From Smithellaceae bacterium (GTDB lineage Bacteria > Desulfobacterota > Syntrophia > Syntrophales > Smithellaceae): 64,000 nucleotides of DNA. Of this stretch, positions 59,910 through 64,000 are shown piece by piece. The DNA lies in the NCBI GenBank assembly GCA_963667845.2, contig CAXXVL010000002.1, positions 3,072,001 through 3,136,000 on the forward strand, given 5' to 3'. Every line of letters begins with the position of its first letter. Position 1 is the first letter of the stretch. Below the pieces are notes generated by a model. It did not search any database. It was given only the letters and a program-made list of their open reading frames with translations, and was not told the origin of the DNA. A program made the translations under genes and the position numbers.

Positions 59910-62375
59910 ATGGAGTCATTTAAGAGCAGCCTGCTGAAGATTGAACAGCCTCTTAATTTTGCAGCAAAAGATGATTTTAAGAATCTCTCTCACATCAAAG
60001 ATCTGGGAAGATCAATGACGGGACTGATCACTCATCAGATCACGGCGATCCCTCCAGATGCGAAGAATAGTTTTGAACTTCCCCTGGACAACATGGTGCG
60101 TATTTTTTCTGATTACGACGAAAAGGATCCAGCGGCAAAAAAATCCAAAATTGTGGAAGCAGCGCTCATTCTCGAGAGGATAAAAAAGACCATTGATATC
60201 CTCGACGCCCGCAAGCCTATGTCCCCAAAACAGGAAGATCAAATTGCCGAACGAATTTCTGACTTGACCGTTTCGCGGGAAAAACTCGCACAGCCCGTTC
60301 AGTTTCTGAAGGGCGTCGGTCCCAAAATGGCAGCCCGGTTTGCCGCCAAAAAAATCAACACGGTCGAAGATCTGCTTTTTTTTCTTCCCCGCACATACGA
60401 AGACCGTCGTGAAATTCGCAAAATAAACAAACTTGAAACGGGAAAGAGTCAGACCGTCATGGCGACGGTTGTTCAAAGTGAATTAAGATATTACGGCAAA
60501 AGACGAATCCTGGAAGTCACTGTCAGTGACCACACGTCCACGCTCACCGCCAAATGGTTTAAGGGACAAATGTCCTATCTTACGGGCACCTTTAAAAAAG
60601 GAGCCCGGGTCATCTTCACGGGGAATGTCACTCCTAACTATGCCGTCAAAACGATGATTCATCCCGACTACGAGATCCTCGATGAAGAAGATGAAGAGAA
60701 TCTTCTGAACTTCAAACGCATCGTACCTGTCTATTCGGAGACGGAAGGCCTGCACCAGAAGTATATCCGTAAAGTCATACATTCGGCTCTGGAATATTAT
60801 TCGCGCTACATCGCATCGCCGATTCCCGCCGAGATTTGCCGCAGACGCAACCTGCAAAATATTCATGAAGCGCTTCTCGCGGTTCATTTTCCCGCAAATG
60901 ATGCTCAGATGGAAGCTTTGATTGACGGCCGTTCCGAAGCGCATCGCCGTCTTATCTATGACGAGTTTTTCTTTTTTCAACTGGGAATGGCCATCAAAAA
61001 ATCGGGGCGTGTCCTGGACAAGGGCATTGCGTTTTCCGTCAACGGAAGTCTGCGGCAGAGATTTTATGCTTCATTGCCTTTCACATTGACCGGAGCTCAG
61101 GCGCGGGTTATCGGCGAGATTCAAAACGATCTTCAGACAGCGACCGCGATGAACAGACTGCTGCAGGGTGATGTCGGCAGCGGAAAAACACTGGTCGCCA
61201 TGGCATCCATGATTACCGTTTGTGAAAATCGTTACCAGGCCGCGTTGATGGTGCCGACGGAAATACTGGCCAAACAGCACTTTGCTACGCTGTCCGCATG
61301 GGCCGGACCCATCGGCCTTCGCGTCGTTTTGCTGACGGGCAATATGTCGAATGCAGCCCGTAACGAGGTGCTCGAACAAATCAAATCCGGTCAAGCCAAT
61401 ATTATCGTTGGAACGCATGCCCTGATTCAGGAGGATGTTGATTTTAAAAAACTGGGGTTAGTTGTCATCGACGAACAACACCGCTTCGGCGTTCTGCAGC
61501 GGGCAACCTTGAGAACCAAAGGCATTCGCGCTGACGTTTTGGTTATGACGGCTACGCCCATTCCCCGGACGCTCGCCATGACGGTTTACGGCGATCTGGA
61601 CGTTTCCGTAATCGATGAATTGCCGCCGGGCAAAAAGCCGGTGCGGACGATTTTGATGGGCGAAAACAAAAGGCAGACGGTTTACGAAACGATTCGTAAG
61701 GAACTGGCCAAAGGTCATCAGGCATTTATTGTGTATCCTCTGGTGGAGCAGTCGGAGAACCTGGATTTAAAAGACGCGACAAAGATGGCAGGCCATCTTC
61801 AAAAAGATATCTTTCCGGAGTGCCGGATAGGCCTTATTCACGGCAAGATGAAAGATAAAGAAAAAGATGAAGTCATGCGTGATTTCTTAGACCATAAAAT
61901 CTCCATTCTGGTCGCCACGACCGTAATCGAAGTCGGTATTGATGTGCCGCGTGCGTCACTGATGGTGATCGAACACGCAGAGCGTTTCGGCCTGTCGCAA
62001 TTGCATCAACTCCGCGGCCGCGTGGGAAGGCGCGACATCCAGTCTAGCTGCATCCTGCTCGCTGATTACAAGGTGTCGGCGGATGCACGGCAGAGATTGA
62101 AAGTGATGGAAAAGACGACTGATGGCTTTGCGCTGGCGGAAGAAGATCTGGCTATACGGGGTCCCGGAGATTTTCTGGGAACAAGACAATCCGGTCTTCC
62201 GGATTTCCGGATCGCCAGCATCATCCGTGATGCCCGTATCTTGAACGATGCCAAGGAAGATGCTTTTGCACTGGCAGCCCGTGATCCGTTCCTCACAAAA
62301 CCGGAACATGCCATCCTCAAAGAGGCGTTGATTGCCCGCTGGCAGGGCAAACTGGACTTGGCCAGGACCGGATAG
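59910..62375 (+). CDS. recG: ATP-dependent DNA helicase RecG
   Basis: QGDVGSGKT, DEQHRFG, TATPIPR, QLHQLRGRVGR, RGPG. Confidence 0.97.
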   Translation: MESFKSSLLKIEQPLNFAAKDDFKNLSHIKDLGRSMTGLITHQITAIPPDAKNSFELPLDNMVRIFSDYDEKDPAAKKSKIVEAALILERIKKTIDILDARKPMSPKQEDQIAERISDLTVSREKLAQPVQFLKGVGPKMAARFAAKKINTVEDLLFFLPRTYEDRREIRKINKLETGKSQTVMATVVQSELRYYGKRRILEVTVSDHTSTLTAKWFKGQMSYLTGTFKKGARVIFTGNVTPNYAVKTMIHPDYEILDEEDEENLLNFKRIVPVYSETEGLHQKYIRKVIHSALEYYSRYIASPIPAEICRRRNLQNIHEALLAVHFPANDAQMEALIDGRSEAHRRLIYDEFFFFQLGMAIKKSGRVLDKGIAFSVNGSLRQRFYASLPFTLTGAQARVIGEIQNDLQTATAMNRLLQGDVGSGKTLVAMASMITVCENRYQAALMVPTEILAKQHFATLSAWAGPIGLRVVLLTGNMSNAARNEVLEQIKSGQANIIVGTHALIQEDVDFKKLGLVVIDEQHRFGVLQRATLRTKGIRADVLVMTATPIPRTLAMTVYGDLDVSVIDELPPGKKPVRTILMGENKRQTVYETIRKELAKGHQAFIVYPLVEQSENLDLKDATKMAGHLQKDIFPECRIGLIHGKMKDKEKDEVMRDFLDHKISILVATTVIEVGIDVPRASLMVIEHAERFGLSQLHQLRGRVGRRDIQSSCILLADYKVSADARQRLKVMEKTTDGFALAEEDLAIRGPGDFLGTRQSGLPDFRIASIIRDARILNDAKEDAFALAARDPFLTKPEHAILKEALIARWQGKLDLARTG

Positions 62376-62571
62376 GGACTGCTGATTATCCGTTACTTCA
62401 TTTTATTGAGTTAGAATTAATAAACGGGATGCGCATTGATCCGAACGACACAACCATTTATTGTGCATCTGCCTATGGTCATCAAATAGCTTTGTGAATC
62501 ATTCGAAATTGATACTTGATCTTTCCGTCAGGTAGTATATGAACTCATCGATGCAAGGGAGAACGCGCAAA

Positions 62572-63489
62572 ATGAGAATTGGGATAATCGGCATCGGAGG
62601 GGTAGGGGGCTATTTTGGCGGGAAACTGGCCGGAGCGTATGCTTCAACCGGCCAACATGAAATTATTTTTTTTGCCCGCGGACAGCATCTCAAATCCATC
62701 CAAGAAAGCGGCCTGCAGTTGCGGGCTCAGGAGGGTAATTATGTTGTTTGGCCGAATATTGCGACAGATGATGCGACTCGAGCCGGCATACTTGATTTAG
62801 TATTCGTTTGTGTCAAAAGTTATTCATTAGAGAGTTCGGCGCTGTCCCTGAAAAAGGATATCGATAAAAACACAGTGGTTATCCCTCTGCTCAATGGCAT
62901 AAACAGTGCCGAAAGATTGCGCGCCATATTGCCCGAGGCCGCTATTGTGAGCGGCAGCGTCTATATCATCAGCCACCTCGAAAAGCCGGGGGTTGTCCAT
63001 CAGGAGGGCGGCGCATGTCGGCTTGTTTTCGGCACAGATGATCCGGAATCGGCGTTAACCTATTCCAATATATTGAATATTTTAAAACGCGCCAAAATCG
63101 ATGCCATCCTGACAGACAAGATCTCAGAAGCCTTGTGGACAAAATATCTGCTGATGTGTCCGCTTGCGTCTCTCACATCGGCCACCGGCAAAACATACGG
63201 TGCGATATTAGACGATCCGGAACTTCGAGAGAGGGCAAGGAACATGATGCAGGAAGTCGCCCAAGTGGCCAGAGCGCGCCATATTTTGTTGTCGGAAGAT
63301 ATCGTGGACAGGACAATGGCGATGATTGCCCGTTTCGGTTACGATTCCAAAACATCAATGCAACTCGATAGAGAAAGAGGCAGTCAGACCGAAATAGATG
63401 CTCTGACCGGTTTCCTTTGCCGGGCCGGTCGCGAATCGGAGATTCCCACCCCCTTGCATGACGAAGTGTTAAGGCAGTTGGCTGGCTGA
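62572..63489 (+). CDS. panE: 2-dehydropantoate 2-reductase
   Basis: G.GGVGGYFG, VKSY, NG, W.K, SMQ.D...G..TE.D. Confidence 0.9.
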   Translation: MRIGIIGIGGVGGYFGGKLAGAYASTGQHEIIFFARGQHLKSIQESGLQLRAQEGNYVVWPNIATDDATRAGILDLVFVCVKSYSLESSALSLKKDIDKNTVVIPLLNGINSAERLRAILPEAAIVSGSVYIISHLEKPGVVHQEGGACRLVFGTDDPESALTYSNILNILKRAKIDAILTDKISEALWTKYLLMCPLASLTSATGKTYGAILDDPELRERARNMMQEVAQVARARHILLSEDIVDRTMAMIARFGYDSKTSMQLDRERGSQTEIDALTGFLCRAGRESEIPTPLHDEVLRQLAG

Positions 63490-63660
63490 CAGATCCCTCC
63501 CTATCTGCCTGGTCATGGTTGCCATGAATCTGATTAACGTCCAAAAAAGAATCATATCTATTTGACAAAACAACGGGATTTGTTATAGGTATCAGCACTT
63601 GAAATGGCGCTGCCAGGTATATATTGCGCCGTTTTTGATTGATTACTAAAGGTGGGATAA

Positions 63661-64000
63661 ATGAAAAATATTTCTATCGGCTTGATTGGCTTCGGCAATA
63701 TCGGAACCGGCGTTGTTAAATTACTGCAACAAAATGAAAAACTCATTACCCAGAAGCTCGGGGCAAAGCTTGTTTTAAAGAAAATTGCCGACATCAATAT
63801 CACGTCATCCCGTGGCGTCAAAGTTCCTCCAAACACATTGACCACCAATGCCCAAGACATTCTCAATGATCCGGATATCTCTATTGTGATTGAGTTGATG
63901 GGCGGTTATGAACCGGCACGGACTTTTGTATTGGACGCCATAAAAAAGGGCAAACATGTTGTGACTGCCAACAAAGCGATGCTGGCAACTTACGGAAATG
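63661..64000 (+). CDS. hom: Homoserine dehydrogenase (runs off the window end)
   Basis: IGLIGFGNIGTGV, IELMGG.EPA, GKHVVTANKA. Confidence 0.93.
   Translation, partial: MKNISIGLIGFGNIGTGVVKLLQQNEKLITQKLGAKLVLKKIADINITSSRGVKVPPNTLTTNAQDILNDPDISIVIELMGGYEPARTFVLDAIKKGKHVVTANKAMLATYGN

Overview
Mostly core chromosome of an anaerobic deltaproteobacterium; gene content suggests a Syntrophales/Smithella-like syntroph (inference, not a database result). The window opens with the end of a DUF5648-like repeat protein and a tRNA cluster (Arg-TCT, His-GTG, Arg-TCG, Lys-CTT). An accessory stretch follows: a PAS-GGDEF gene lying between tRNA-Lys and a degenerate copy of its 3' half, a USP, a DUF4388-cNMP protein, a methyltransferase, a thaumatin-domain lipoprotein and YhhN. 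Next come acyl-CoA metabolism genes, an orphan MCP, a trypsin-like protease, a biotin carrier, mdtABC-nodT, a regulator plus tupABC, an OmpA lipoprotein, an archaeal-type UPF0200 kinase, pmm/pgm, HAD, Nudix and YheT hydrolases, tRNA-Met, fhs and gltA. The end holds a LIV-type ABC transporter operon with an embedded acyl-CoA ligase, then recJ, rpmB, pfkA, purMN, recG, panE and the start of hom. The most notable observation is an unannotated Phe/Tyr-rich leader peptide (MLKDNLIFQAARYYFYFFSFRGYKVCLKVS) with complete 1:2, 2:3 and 3:4 attenuator pairings in front of the ABC/CoA-ligase operon, which suggests aromatic-amino-acid-controlled uptake of aromatic compounds. Also notable are a three-copy ~104-bp palindromic miniature element, a decayed tRNA-Lys islet and a bacterial thaumatin-like lipoprotein. 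No CRISPR array, rRNA or intact transposase/integrase was seen.
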